A DNA stretch of 63,453 nucleotides, the filler included, from Choristocarpus tenellus KU-1152 (taxonomy: Eukaryota; Protista; Phaeophyceae): assembly GCA_964200185.2 (NCBI GenBank). It is 12 parts of 12 records of this genome, joined end to end, with 100 filler letters (N's around TTAATTAATTAA, not from the genome) between each part and the next. Parts side by side here need not be neighbours in the genome. Positions count along the whole stretch, not along the records: positions 1 to 12,780 come from CAXNAD020001708.1; positions 12,881 to 15,828 come from CAXNAD020023443.1; 10 more parts are not named here. One strand, written 5' to 3'. Within the stretch, counting starts at the first letter, position 1. Every line of letters starts with the position of its first letter. Of the stretch, positions 1 to 13,188 are shown one piece after another. The notes under the pieces were generated by a model. That model was not told the origin of the DNA. It did not search any database and saw only the letters and a program-made list of their open reading frames with translations. A program made the translations under genes and the position numbers.

Positions 1-375
1 GCGCATGACACGTCGAGACAATGCCACTTGCGTAGTCACCGAAACAATTTGGCGTAGCCTGGATTTAACTACTCCTTTCCGGCAGTATCCTCCCGCTCCT
101 CTCCCCCCTACCATGTGAGTAGCCAGCTCATCCAGGAAACATTCCGCTTGCTTGCCGAGGCGCCCAAAACTTTTCACCGCAAAGGTGTTGAGGTTTTAAC
201 TACGAGGATCAAAGGAGCCCTTGTAGGGGGTGCGCTTTCGCGCCTCAGCTGCAGTGGCAGCTACACCATTAATTGCTGGTGGATGAGTGAGTGAGGTGAG
301 AGGTTGCCTGTACCACTGCGAAGGTGATGTCCAGCAGAAGACCTTTGTCCCTGTAGGGAGCTGTCCCGGCGTTGG
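1..375 (-). mobile_element. Degenerate CRE/R2-type non-LTR retrotransposon, C-terminal restriction-like endonuclease region
   Basis: Minus-strand frames stitch, across frameshifts and a stop, into YRDKGLLLDIT...GVAATAAEARKRTPYKGSFDPRS*NLNTFAVKSFGRLGKQAECFLDELATH...GVVKSRLRQIVSVTTQVALSRRVMR. This matches the D-x-T ... K-x-x-x-Y ... FAVE-x-FG pattern of RLE-bearing retroelements. Cut by the window start. Confidence 0.75.
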
Positions 376-2056
376 GTTGTATTGATCTGAAGTCTTTAAC
401 ATGTTTTTGGAGAATCCCTACTCCTCATAATAATGTAGAAATGCAAGTAATATGTGTAGGTAAGTATGACGAGAGCCCTATACCCCTCTAATTATTAGTA
501 GTGACAGCATGTAATTAACATCTAAGTTTATTAAATATAAGTGTTTGGTGAAGGGAAGGTAGAAGATTGTTGAAATCGAAGAAGGAAAAATATTTCGAGT
601 ACACTAACCAATATTATTATTCCTATTGAAACGAGAAGTTGATCTTTTTGAGGGATACACAAGGGGAAAGGGTAACAGAAGGATAGTGCAGGTGTTGATC
701 CGATGATTATTACTAGGCTCCAGTTGTCCCAACGAGAGACCAGGGCTACGTATACTGCAAATGGTTCGACCACACTTACTAATTGCCGACCAAAGCTGCG
801 CTCCCACATTTGGTTCGCAGCCACCACAAAGGTAACTCCTCCCTTGAGTAACAGTAACCTACCCACGCTCTTCTTCAAGGAACTTTTAATTGGAATTCCC
901 TAGTGACAATCCATCCTGCCTACATAATAAATTGCCCCTCCTCAAGCCTATACTCCCTAATTCGAACTCTTTTTTCTGCCTTCTCGTACAACCAACAAGT
1001 CAATGCAAGGTGAACGAAGACAAGGAGTTAATCAAGAGACCGCTACGTCTGTACCTTCTTACAGCATACGTAGTAATACCCTTCGTATTCAGCCAATAAC
1101 AACAAACGAATTGTCGAGTAAACAGAGATGTCATATGCAGACAATGAAATAATGACATGAGGTTGGTTTCCACGTATATCCTACCCCTATTTATCATAGG
1201 TAGATAGCACCTTCTCGACCGAAGTGTATAAAATAATATGCGTTCCTCGGATGTATCTCCCAACAAAGTTTATTACCCTTCAAGAATTGAGAAGAATGAG
1301 AGGGAGGACGCCGAATGCTTACCACACATTTTGCTTGACCACGAAATCTCTCTCCTTACATCGTCAAGGTCCCTACTTCCAACAACAATACACATCAAAA
1401 ACAACAACCAAAGAGAATATTTGTGTAAAATATGTGTATGTGAGTGTGTCTTCATGATCAGTGTATGGAAGTTGCGTAATGTTTTGAACAATATGACACT
1501 GTTTGGAGTGAAAAGAACGGTAAGTGAACTTATAAACATATGTATTTTTTGAAGTTCCTCTTATATAATATACAAGAGAATGTCCCACCATAATTCCTTC
1601 TACAATTTTACATTCAGTTTTGTACCCTTCAACTGCTACATGAAGGGAGACTGGAGATAATTGACATGGACATTTATTTAATACATTGTTGCAGTGAGGT
1701 CGATTTCCTCACATAGAAGAGGTTCACATACCTTCCAAAGACTTAAGGGCCACTCCAATCTACAAGGAGTATAGGGAGAAACATAGGACAGTTTGCGATC
1801 ATACTTGTTCCTGTTGCTTTTCGAGTAGAGGAAATTTCTATTGTCGCCTTTGCCATTGTGGTCGTTGAGAGGAGAGATTGTGCCAGGAAGTCGGAATTAA
1901 GCGAACTTGAGAAGTGGACATTTTTTGGGGGTGGAGGGGGAACCTGCGGTCCTCTGTCGGAAAGAAAGCCTCTCAGTAAGCTCTCTTAAGAGGGTGTGAC
2001 TATCTCGAGAGGGAGACGCATTGCCTTGGAAGGACGATTGGCTGATATCCACAACC

Positions 2057-4667
2057 ATGATCGCAAGAAAGCACGAGAGTGCTGCGTCCACCCCAGTCTC
2101 CCCTCCTGGTGAAGGCCAAGAGGCAAAGCCGTTTCATGGGTCCCGAGTAGAAGAAGGAAAGGAAGTAGGAGCATATATGCACGAGGATCTGGGACCCACG
2201 AAGACCTTCCGATGTGTTAGCTGGGCGGAAGAAATGGTGTGTGGATACGTCTTGGTGATTTTATGTGTGAGTGGGTGGGTGGGTGGGCTGGTCGGTGGAC
2301 ATGTGGCTTGTATCTTCGTCAACGGAGCAACCCTATGCCTCTCGATAATATGTGCGACATATGGTTGGATTTATCTGCCTGCGTTGGGGATGACACGTCC
2401 AGGACACGGGGTCATGTCCTAGCATCCTAGAGTCGCTTTAGATGATCCAATCGCATAAGGGGCTCTTTATTTTCCACGTAACAAAATGTTGTCCCTCATC
2501 TCTCGCTTAAATCCGCCCCTCACCTGATTTTTCCGTGTGGATAGTCCCATTTCTCAATCGACTGAAACTTTGGACGCCCCTCTAAGATACCACCTCAACC
2601 CATTCCCACTCTCGTTGCTGCTTCAGAACCCAGGCTGGCGCACTACCATGGAAGACGCCCATCGCATCATCCCGCATTTTGATGAAGATCCATTAACATC
2701 ATTCTTTGGTGTCTACGACGGGCATGGGGGTGAGTTATTAATAAGATCCCTTTAACTCTCTCCCAATCATTACTCCCAAGCACCTTATCCCTGAACAACA
2801 AATCTACAGTTCTTGCTCGAATTCTCCCTAGTCCAGTAGATCCAACAAGCATTCGACCTTAGTTGACCGTCGTGGTGGTAGCAATCCTATTGATACGCCA
2901 CTCCATGTGTCTTTTGCCCTTTCTTTCCCTGCGTATTTGTTGCTAGTCTGCCTTGTTTCCCAACACGACACATTTCACCACTGCAGTAGTGGTTCTTTGA
3001 GGTTCAAGTTTTTTTCGGGTCACTGCTTAAGGTGCGACCCGTTCAACAGTGTACTTTCCCCACTAATCTGTGACAAGCGGAGCTCGTTTCATTGGAGAAT
3101 CTTTAGTTTGTGTCAATCAGTATCCATCCCCTCTGTATATTTGGAACGAACCACCTAACACAAATGCAGCGCATGGCTCCACCTGTTTTTGAGACAGGAT
3201 GGGGCACCGAAGTATTTGAGGAAGAGGAGGTCGATTTGAGCTCGCAACTTTGATCGTAGCCAGTTTTGCAAGGGAATCCAACCATGATGTACTTTTAGTG
3301 AGATAAGAAATATACCACATGGCCTGATTGTTCTGTGTAGACACCTGGCAGTGACTTCTGCAGTTGAAGTTGCAAGCTTAACCAGCCCTCCTCCTCTTCA
3401 AGGAATTACTTGTCAAAAACAGCCTGAGCCCAGCAGGTGTTGATGCTGTGTCTTGTTCCATTGTTGTGCTAGGGTCATACAGGAGGGTGTCAATGTCGTT
3501 GGGCCTTTGAACATTTAAAGATGGAAAATGCACAGACTCCACCAGGAACCAAACTGTGCATCGTTTTGATTTATACCTAAAGAAGTCTTAATATAGACTC
3601 CCTACATCTATCTTTTTGTGTGAACCATTTGGTCCGTGTCCAGGGCACACACTATGTGTGTTCAATCTCAATCCACTTCTAGGTGTGGCGAGGAGCTCAG
3701 GGGCTTCATAAGTGGTGCCTCTTGAAATTCTGAGACTGTTAGTCACTGCATGCAGTGAGGTTGATTGCAGTTTGAGACATATACTACTGAGCTCATCATT
3801 ATGGTCGGTTCCAAGTTTTTTGCATGTAAAACACAAAGAAATGAAGTGATTATATGTTTTTTATTCTATGGCAGTCCATTTGCTTTTCAAAATCTTCATA
3901 GTTCAGATGTTTTTGTGTAACCAACCCACTGCAAGAGAGTGTGTTGTGGATTGACATTAAAGAGGATACAGACCAAGGCCATACATACACAATACCGTTT
4001 TGGGACGGGCTGCTGACTTGATTCAGGATATTCACGACTTCTGCTGACTCATGAGTGGGGGGCCAAAACCATCAAGATTTTATATGGACATACAGTACCA
4101 TCAACCAAATTGTATCCTATTCATTTCTCAGCTACAGGCAGCAGGAAGACATTCTTTAGCTATCGCAGTAAGTTTTCGCTGCAATGGAAAGAAGGCACAG
4201 GGATTATGATAAAGTTGTAACAGCAATGAATGAAATGGATAGAAAATACTGTGATTAAAAAAAATATTTGTTCATGCTAATCATTAAAATAGATGAATAA
4301 TGTGATGCTATAGCAGTGTTGGTGTAAAATTTGTGATGCCTTGATGCTCTGTAGTTGTCTTTTGACTCCTTTTGCTCCCACCCCCTTCCCCTCCTCTCCC
4401 CTCCCCTCCCCTCCCCTCCTTTTTGATTTACATAACAATTTTTTTATTCATATATGATGTGTTCTTGCTTGAATTGTATATCCCTGCCGTATCGGTTAAA
4501 CTGGGGGGGGTGGGGGAGGAGTAGGGAGAGCAACCGTTGACTTGGTGGAGAGCCGTTTGGATGAGGTCTTGGCAGAGGAATTGAAAACACCTGGTGATGA
4601 TAGCATGGAGCAGCGCATTATCAGGTCAGAGAGGAAAATGAAGTCTGGTCACTGAAGTATCTATGTT

Positions 4668-4709
<42 letters not shown>

Positions 4710-7700
4710 ATTTTATGTGTTTACGTGTGTTTTATGAGTGGAAAAGGAAATTACTGGTGAAGGGATGGTATCAAGTCAGCCAGTCAACCTATTCTCATGT
4801 ATGATGCAGAATGGATATCGTGTATGATCTGACACAAGCAAGGCAGTTGAGGATGATAGTGGGACTCGGAACGCCTCCGGTGGCAAGGCTCACCTTGACC
4901 TTAATATTATGTGTGCATTGTGTATGCTTCATTCGCTGCTTTCTTTGCCATGTTTACGCTCTGTATTGCTCACATGTTTCTTGGAGTCTTGAGTTTTTCC
5001 TGCAGTGATGGTGTGTATGTATTTTAAGAGGGTGGGCGGGGGGGATATGTTTTGAAATTGTCTTCTTTGTTAGCATTGTTGCTCTGTATAATAATAATAA
5101 TAATAATAATGATAAGAGCAAGAGTTTTTCTTGTATGTTTTACTTGCAGGTCTTTTCTGAGGACAGATGTCGATACTAAGCTAGCAAATATTGTTACTTC
5201 TGGGGCTACGGCGGTGACATGTCTGATCAAGGTGACTTTTTTTTATCAGGGTGGATTGTTTTGCTGTTTATTGCAAGAATGTTATGTTTCACTCTTGAAA
5301 TGTAATGAAGGAAAAAAATATTTATAATGGTGGCCTGGGAAATTTATTCTACTCTGTATAATAACACAAGTGAAGTTTTGGAATTGTGGTCAGGCAGCAG
5401 TCTTTCCAAACTTCACACTAATAATTACAATGGTAATAGCAATAGTAAAAGATATGATATGGTAGTAATAACTAGAAGAAAAGAGGGTTTTGTGGGACTT
5501 GGTAGATGAAGCAATATTAACTCTTCAAGCAATAATGGCTGGTCTGTATGTAAGTCCGCAATATAGGCCAATATGATCCTTCATGTATTCTTTTCATTCT
5601 TTGACCCTTTCAGATTTAGGCAGGTGATTCTGGGGTTAGGGTTAGGGTTATGGGAAAAAAGCTTTTCCAGGGGTACAAGTTCTTGTCAATGTAGAAGTTG
5701 ATCAGGAGGGGCTGGGAGGATGGGGATGGGGAGTTTGGTTGCGGAGGAGTGCAGACTTGAAAAAGAAAAATGATTCAGAGTGCATGTTTGCAGTAGGCTT
5801 ATTGAGTTTGGTTTATGAGGGGAAACTAACTGTTCATGGTAAAATATTCCTTTTTTAACCCTATACCATGAACAATTCCTCATTACTACTTCAACATATT
5901 ATTATTATTATTATTATTATTATTATGTGTTTTTTTTGCTATTTTTTTGTATTTGACTGATGCTGCAACAATGCCGGTGCTGCACAGAACATAGTTTTTT
6001 TTGTTAGGTGGATGGTTTGTAGTGTGATTTGTTACGATCTATGCCGAGACCTTGCTGGGTTTGTCTCATGCTTTGGAGTGTGATACGGTGTGTGCTTTTG
6101 AGAAGTGAATACAAAAGCGTTGCACTAATTTTTTTTCCCCAACGATGCCAAATTTAAAACTAGGAACTAAGGTACATTTTTTTTTGTTCTGAACCGTTGT
6201 CAAAATTCGTCAAATATTAAAAGCACTTTGTGTGCGCTTCATATGCATGCCTCAACTCAGAAAGAGAGAGAGAAAAATGCTTGGTATTCTAAACGCAGCT
6301 TGGACTGCATCAGTAGCATAACAATAGTGCCTGTGATATTTTGTTTTCCAAAGTGAAGTGCACTTTATTGGCCAAAACCCCGTGTAGGCTATTTTCCAAA
6401 GTACAGTACGCGGTCTGCTTTTTCCCGTGGATTAAGACACCATGGGTACTTTAAATAAAATCCCTTTTTTGGGTAGGGGGGGGAGGGGAGGGGCGGCAGG
6501 CGAGGCAAGCAAACATGTAAAGTTTAGTCTGTGGATTGGTATGACTATCTGTGAAAGAAACCAATGCCAGGTATGAAGTACTGAAAAAAAAGAGTGCTGT
6601 TGACGGGGTATGTGTATGTGTATGTGTGTGTGTGTGTGTGTGTATGGGTGGGATAATTTACTCTATCGTATCGATCTGCTGACCTCCCAATGTATTGTTT
6701 AGGTATGTCTCTTTTTTTGTTTTTTGTTGTTGTTCGCATTAATTTTTTTTTTTCAGTTCTGAATGTCTTTCCTGCCGCTGATTAGATGTGGAAATTACCC
6801 GATTGTTTGTTGACTATGAACTCGGAGGTCATTAGGGGGGTGGGTGAGGATGTTGCCACAGATGATGCGATTAAGTTGTTCGGGATCAGCTTGAACAGTC
6901 TGCGGGGCGGGCTCGCTATAAAACGGACAAGGTGGTATCATATTTTTCCTTTTTTGGGGGGGGGGATCTGTTCAGAAACTGTTGATGAGGGTATCTAATG
7001 CCTCGGTGAAATCTGTTTTGGTCTACCTGTTCTGTGCCTCCCGCTTCGAAGCTACAAGAAATTCTTTCCCAAGGTGTAGCTTTTTCTGGTTTGCAAGCTA
7101 GTGTTCGGTGTGATGGTGCTGAAGTGAGGAAGCACGTAATTATATTCATTCAGTCAGAAGTTTCCTTCGTGGTTGTAACACAACTCATCGTGTTGATGAT
7201 GAAACCGAAAGCCTGTTTGATTCCCTGTCATGTACTGTTTACATTGTGCCAGGGAGGTATTTTCTATATTATTTCCATGCCCACTGATGTCCTGGGGGGG
7301 GAGGGGGGGGGCAAGGACAGCCAAGATACGTGGAAGGGAATGCAACCTACACAACAACGGAAGATGTATTGCTTGCGATAATGGCCGCTTAATACACACC
7401 AACAGTAGTTCTAGTGTATATTTGAAAATGATGGAATCAATGCCTTCCACCATACTGGCAACCGATTTATTTGCTGGTGACTGCTTTTCGCATGCTTTTT
7501 TTTTTTCACATACTTCTATGTATACTTTTTTCACCAGTACTGGATGTGGTATCAAGTCAGAAATATCTGAGAGGGGGGCACTCCTGAATTTCAGGAGGAC
7601 CCCTTTGACATCTCTGGCAATACTTTTTTTTGGAGCACTCAGTGCACAGCTGTGGATCAAGTTTGGCTGATTTTTGAGTACATTCAGTTTTCAGAGGCAA

Positions 7701-8881
7701 GTCCTTTCCTCTGCCTTTTTTTTACTGTCATGTACTTTCAAAGTGAAGTTGAAAAAACACCTTTTAAAACTCGATAAACAGCCCCCACAACCCACAACGC
7801 TCCTCAAATGCTTTCTCCCGCACCTGAATAATCTCCCTAACTCANNNNNNNNNNCTTTTAAAACTCGATAAACAGCCCCCCCCCCCTCCTTGTTACTTCA
7901 ACTCATTTTACCATTGAGGTATATGCTACATATATGCAGTACATTGTTGGGAATACTATTTGTACTAATAATAGATCTTGGTAAATCCATCGAAGTGTGA
8001 GACACTACTGTATGCATTTAGATATCTACAAGTACAGTGTCCTGTCTCTTCAGTCCCTTTCTAAATATCTATAGTGACCCCTCCATCATTAGGCCTACTG
8101 TTGCTCCTCTCCATGTCGTATCATACTTTGAAGTAGTAGGCATCACCATTATGGCATCCATCCATCCATCCATCCATCCATCCATTTTCCCATGTGCCTA
8201 TCCTTTTTTGGTGTGAGAAGTACCCTTTTTTGTCACACTTGGTGTATTCTTGTCAAACTTCAATGATGACCTAGAGCTGCTGGGCAACTTTCTTTGTGTT
8301 TTGCCTTTTATTGCAGTCTTACTATTCCATTTTTTTACTATTATTTTAGTATGACTTACTACTGTGGAAATAATATTTTTTGTTTTTTTGCCCAGGTGGA
8401 GAAGGACGAGAAGACAATCCATGCTGCCAATGTGGGGGATAGGTGTGTGATGATTACTTGATCATCTCTCTCTCTCTCTCTCTTCCATACATTGTAATTT
8501 GTTACTACAATATGATTATCGCAACATATACCATCTTCCATGTGTTGTTTTTCAATGTGATACACGCCTCCTGTGTTACTATGTGTGCCTTCTCGAGGTG
8601 CACTTTCTATTACTCCACATTAATTTATTTTATTGCTACAGATTAGTTCGATCATCCTAGAACTGTGGTTGGATGTTTGTGTGCGTTTATGCGTTTGAAC
8701 CCTCTGTGCTATTTTTCCCGATTGCATGTATTCCTTTCCTTCTCTTGTGATGTGTTACATTGTAACATGGTGTTTGTCTCTTATGTACCCTATTTTGTTG
8801 TGTTTTGAAAACGTCTATTTATCTCACATTTTTCTTCAACATTTTTATGCTTGGAGTATACGTCTCTCTCTCTCTCTCTCT

Positions 8882-8918
<37 letters not shown>

Positions 8919-11316
8919 ATTCTCCCCGGCATTCTTAACTGTGATCTTCTGTCTGTGTTAATTATTTTTTCGCCGAATCTCCTGCCTGTGTTAATTAACG
9001 TTTCATGAATCTCCTGCCTGCCTGCCTTAATTAATGTTATGTTGATCTCGTGCCTGTGTTAATCAACGTTTCATTAATTTTCTTGTTTTTAAATCAGTCG
9101 TGCAGTTCTGTGCCGGGATGGTGAAGCAATACGCTTGACATACGACCACAAGGCTGAAGACGAGGGGGAGAAGAAGAGACTTGAGGCAGCTGGGGGCTTT
9201 GTATTGCGGAATCGTGTGCTTGGTATACTGGCAGTGGCGAGGAGCTTTGGGGATCAAGGAATGAAAGAGTTTGTGACTGCCGTCCCACATGTGTCTGAGA
9301 CCAGGTATGTGTGTGAGTGTTATGTCGACCATAGTTATTTGAGTATATGTACAGTTGCATACATATATACATACATAATACATATATAATACATATATAC
9401 ATATATAATACATACATACATACATACGTACGTACGTACGTACATACATGCAGTTGCATTATTCTACCCCAAGTCGTGTAATATATATACTGGAAAATGT
9501 AACAGCGCCCACTCGACTGTACTAGATAGATACACTCATGTAGTGTGCTTTTCTTTGTCGAGGTAAGGACAGTCGTTAGGGTTAGGGTAAAGATTAGGCA
9601 CGATAGATTTTTTTTGTGTTGGGGTGAGGATTAGGATATCAAGGTTAGGAAGGAAGTTTCTGGATTAGGGTTAGGGTTAATGTAAGTGAATGGCATTGTT
9701 TTGAGTATAAGCATGTTTGCTCTCTATTGATAGCATGGGGTGAAGGATTAAGCGCTTTTTAGTGGACATGCCTCCTCTACTTACCAAAAGTTTGAGTAGT
9801 TTGTGTGGCAGGCTATAAATGTAAAATATGATCTTGTCATATTTTCATTTTTTATATGGGGGTGTTGAAAATGTTCATTGCAAGGTTACCCTAAAGTCTC
9901 AGTGAAATGTTGCCACTCTGTAGTACATATTTCCCACCAGTTTGGTGAAAATTTCAGGACTCTTCTCACTTCTTGCTGTTGATAGTAACTTAGATCTACT
10001 GCTGGTGTGTAACTGTTGCATTTTTTTGTGTAACTGCTGAGTTTTGCAGAGTAAAATAGTGTTGTTTGTGTACATGGAGACCCTCTCTCTCTCTTGGTGG
10101 AGCAGATATTTTTGTTATGTTGTAGGTATTTGTCGTATAAAGAGTGAATACCACCTTAGATCCAGCAAATAGCAGTGCAGGTGGGCGAGGGGGTACAATG
10201 CTGTAGGAGTGATGCCTACTATTGGCTGGAATGGAATAGGAGCCAGAGGCTGACTGTTTGATTGGTGGAAATGTTACCTTTCGTTTTGCCTCCCCTGTTT
10301 TTGTAATCTTTTTACCTTGATACAAATGGCTCAGGACGGTATGGCGTGCGTAGTATGCTCTAAGCACGTAAATATTGCATTCCTATTCATGATCATATAT
10401 AGAAATATGTATGTATGTATGTATGTATTTATGTATATATTTTTGACAATAACTATTCCATAATGTATGTCCCTAGCGTGTCTAAATATATGTGCTATTT
10501 AAAAAAAGTTCTGTATGCACAAGTACGTGTTTTCAAAACGAGGAGATTTGTATTGATCCACTCGAAACGATTGCATTGCCTCGAATAGATACCACATGCG
10601 TTCCATCAAACGTGCGCCCAACACGTGCGTCCAACACGCAAGGTTAATGTGAGGAAATACCGAGTGCTGCAAGGAACTCTTCGAAAGCTTATTTCTGCAG
10701 CATCCTGTGCATATGTGCAGCAGAGCGTTTGGCCGCTCAAAGAGACATAGTTATTTCCCCTACTAGATCTTTTTTTAATTGTTAAAAAAAAAAAATGGAA
10801 TCCAACATGATGGAATGATCACAATTCACAGCCCCTTACTAATTTTTAAAAAATATGTTCACTCATTTACTTTTTTTACTTTTTTTTTGTTTCTTGAAGG
10901 GTGTGTTCAAAGTGCTCGTTCTTGGTCCTAGCGTGCGATGGCATCTGGGACGTTTTCCTGGACGCTGAAGCAGTTCGATTTATTGAGGAGGCGATTTCAT
11001 CCAACATGGTGAGAAGGGGCATAATCTGTTCCCCCTGACGGTCGATGGCCCCCTCAATACCAGCACGTGGAGGGATATGAATGAGAAAACTATGTCACAA
11101 AAAAAAGAAGGAAAATGTCCACTGATAGAAAAGGCATCACATGTCACTGACGTAGGTCACAACACCAATAGGATGCATTTTGTCTAGCAGCATGCCCCAA
11201 ATCTTTCTTGTCTTTTCCTTATTCTATTATTATTATCATATTATCATCATTACTATTATTATTATTATTTTTATTATTATCATTACTATTGTTATTATTT
11301 TTATTATTATCATTAC

Positions 11317-11353
<37 letters not shown>

Positions 11354-11503
11354 GTTCGCAATTGATAATTTTTGCAACGCGAAGCTTCCTCTGTTGTTAA
11401 TATATATTTCTGCGATGAAAATGTGAATGGTCTCGTGTCCTGCCTCTCAGGCGGAGAAAGATGTAGCTGGCGCGCTGTTGAAGGAGGCCATTGCAAGGGG
11501 AAG
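2057..11503 (+). CDS. PP2C: Protein phosphatase 2C (PPM family), spliced; final exon with the last catalytic Asp not found
   Basis: Phase-consistent exons 2057-2236, 2627-2729, 4525-4624, 5150-5231, 8396-8442, 9098-9304, 10900-11008, 11451-11503. They give the PPM motifs [69 protein letters not shown]. The GSxDN exon is absent before the contig ends at 12780. Confidence 0.93.
4670..4708. repeat. (TG)n microsatellite in a PP2C intron
   Basis: Perfect TG run read directly. Confidence 0.95.
8943..9075 (+). repeat. Degenerate ~32-36 bp tandem repeat, about 4 copies, just upstream of a splice acceptor
   Basis: The unit GAATCTCCTGCCTGTGTTAATTAACGTTTCAT recurs near 8943, 8975, 9007 and 9044. Confidence 0.7.
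10393..10750 (+). mobile_element. Probable non-autonomous Helitron-like element in a PP2C intron
   Basis: Begins A|TCATATATAGAAAT followed by a (GTAT)n microsatellite. Ends with the hairpin GAGCG-tttggc-CGCTC (10723-10738) shortly before ATAG|T, a variant of the Helitron CTRR|T end. Only one copy seen. Confidence 0.45.
11222..11352. repeat. (ATT)n/(ATC)n compound microsatellite
   Basis: Read directly; explains the poly-I/poly-L spurious ORFs. Confidence 0.95.
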
Positions 11504-11822
11504 GCAAGTGCTTTTTTTTTCTTTGTTGTTATTGTTGTTGGATGAAGTGGTTCTCTTTGCTGTTGGTTCTTGAAAGTACGTGGTCTCTAGTTTGTCGCTG
11601 GTGCTCCTTGTTGCTGTTGCAAAGAAGTTATTGTTGTGCATACCAGCGCTTGGTTTGGTATAATGGCTACACAGGCTGCAGGACATGCTCACAAAGGCTG
11701 GATTCTTTTTGTGGGAGAGCTCTGAACATTGGCTCCTTCCTTGGGAGGTGGAGGCGTTACTCTATTGTTAGTACATTTTTATTTCTATTGTTTGCTTTGT
11801 GCTTAAAAATGCTTGAAAGCAA

Positions 11823-12001
11823 GGCTCGAAGTATCTGGGGGTGTGTGGCAGCTGTCCATTCGGGGGTCCATTTTTCCATGTCACGATTTTTGGGTGAATT
11901 TGGTTGCATGTGTCAGATGGATAATGTAAGTGCACCTCTCCTGGTCAGGGCCCAAATGGACACCCTGATGTACACCCCACCCCCCCCCAAGCGTGTGGGT
12001 G
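11823..12001 (+). mobile_element. MITE family B copy (~180 bp), right TIR degenerate
   Basis: Colinear with 44550-44736 and 52657-52836: GGCTCGAAGTATCTGGGG...GTCCATT...CCAAATGGACACCC...poly-C. Confidence 0.85.
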
Positions 12002-12780
12002 AGTTTTATTACACTCTCAAGTACTTCCTCGTTAGTGTGTATTTGTATTGAACTATATGCAATTGTTTTCTAGTTGATTTTTTTTTTCATATTCTTATGT
12101 CAGTCATTTAGCGCACAACATATTTTTTCTTGTTTCCTGTGTTGTTGGTGCAAGGATTGCAGAACCGTGGGGGAACTGCACTGTTGTTAAATGGAAGAAG
12201 AGTCTCTTGCATTTCCTAAGTTGTAATAGTACCTACAAGGTGCTTTCTGCTGTGTGCGTGGGCTCCACTATATCCACAGCTAATGGCATGTGATTGGTGT
12301 AGAAACATCAGCTGAGTGTTGTGGGACTAGGCAAACAGTGCCTCAGTGCCTCACAATATAAATTGACTTTTTCTGTTTGCTTAAGGTTGTTTCCAGAGTA
12401 GAGAGGTTAAATCCTGTTGGAATTTTTTGCCATTATCACATCTGTCTAACTACTGTACTCAAAATTTGATTAAGCATATTTTGCTGCAGAGGAATAAGGT
12501 ATGAGTGAGGTACAACCCCTGGAAATAGAAAAGCTGCACGACAGCATTGCACCTTGTACTTCTGGAAATTTGCAGTAGTTGTGATTATCTTGGTACCCGA
12601 AGCACGTCTCATGTTGATGCCTGTGCTAGTATGCTCCCTTTTCTTTCTTCATGATTGGAACTTCTCTTCTTGTTGAGTTGTGATGTGGTCACACCAATGG
12701 ATTTTGTGTCCTTGTTTTTTTTTACCTGCAGAATTATTTTTTTGTGTGTGTGCGCTCGTGCGCGCATGTGTATGTGACGG

Positions 12781-12880
12781 NNNNNNNNNNNNNNNNNNNN
12801 NNNNNNNNNNNNNNNNNNNNNNNNTTAATTAATTAANNNNNNNNNNNNNNNNNNNNNNNNNNNNNNNNNNNNNNNNNNNN
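12781..12880. other. Artificial contig linker (44N-TTAATTAATTAA-44N)
   Basis: Identical 100-nt spacer with stops in all six frames; occurs 11 times. Confidence 0.99.
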
Positions 12881-13188
12881 CCCCCTCCCCTAGATGATCT
12901 AGTCAAAATATACACATGCAATGTCGCTTGCACTCGACTGCATTCACACGTTGTGAAAATGTGCGAATCTGCCTCTCATTTGTAATGTTTGGTATAGAAA
13001 ACGTCCTATAAGCCCACTTCTATAACAATAAGTCTATGTTTTCTGTTAATGCTCTACTGCACACTTCAACTATCACTTTCTTTGACCTGAGTTGTGACCA
13101 ATCGATGACCACCTGCTACGATTACTATTTAATTTTTTTGTATGTTAATGTGCACTGTTCTTTGCTACTGTTCCTTCGTATCTCAAAG

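Noticed and set aside
1626-1650. LHVAVEG as the start of lariat debranching enzyme DBR1
   Set aside because: The required following CCHG exon is absent.
7760-7880. Direct repeat CTTTTAAAACTCGATAAACAGCCCCC around a 10-N gap
   Set aside because: Typical overlap artefact at a scaffold gap.
11180-11496. Poly-Ile/poly-Leu ORFs as membrane peptides
   Set aside because: Translations of an (ATT)n microsatellite.
12825-12836. TTAATTAATTAA as a biological motif (PacI, homeobox or piggyBac site)
   Set aside because: Always centred in 44N flanks; it is an artificial linker.
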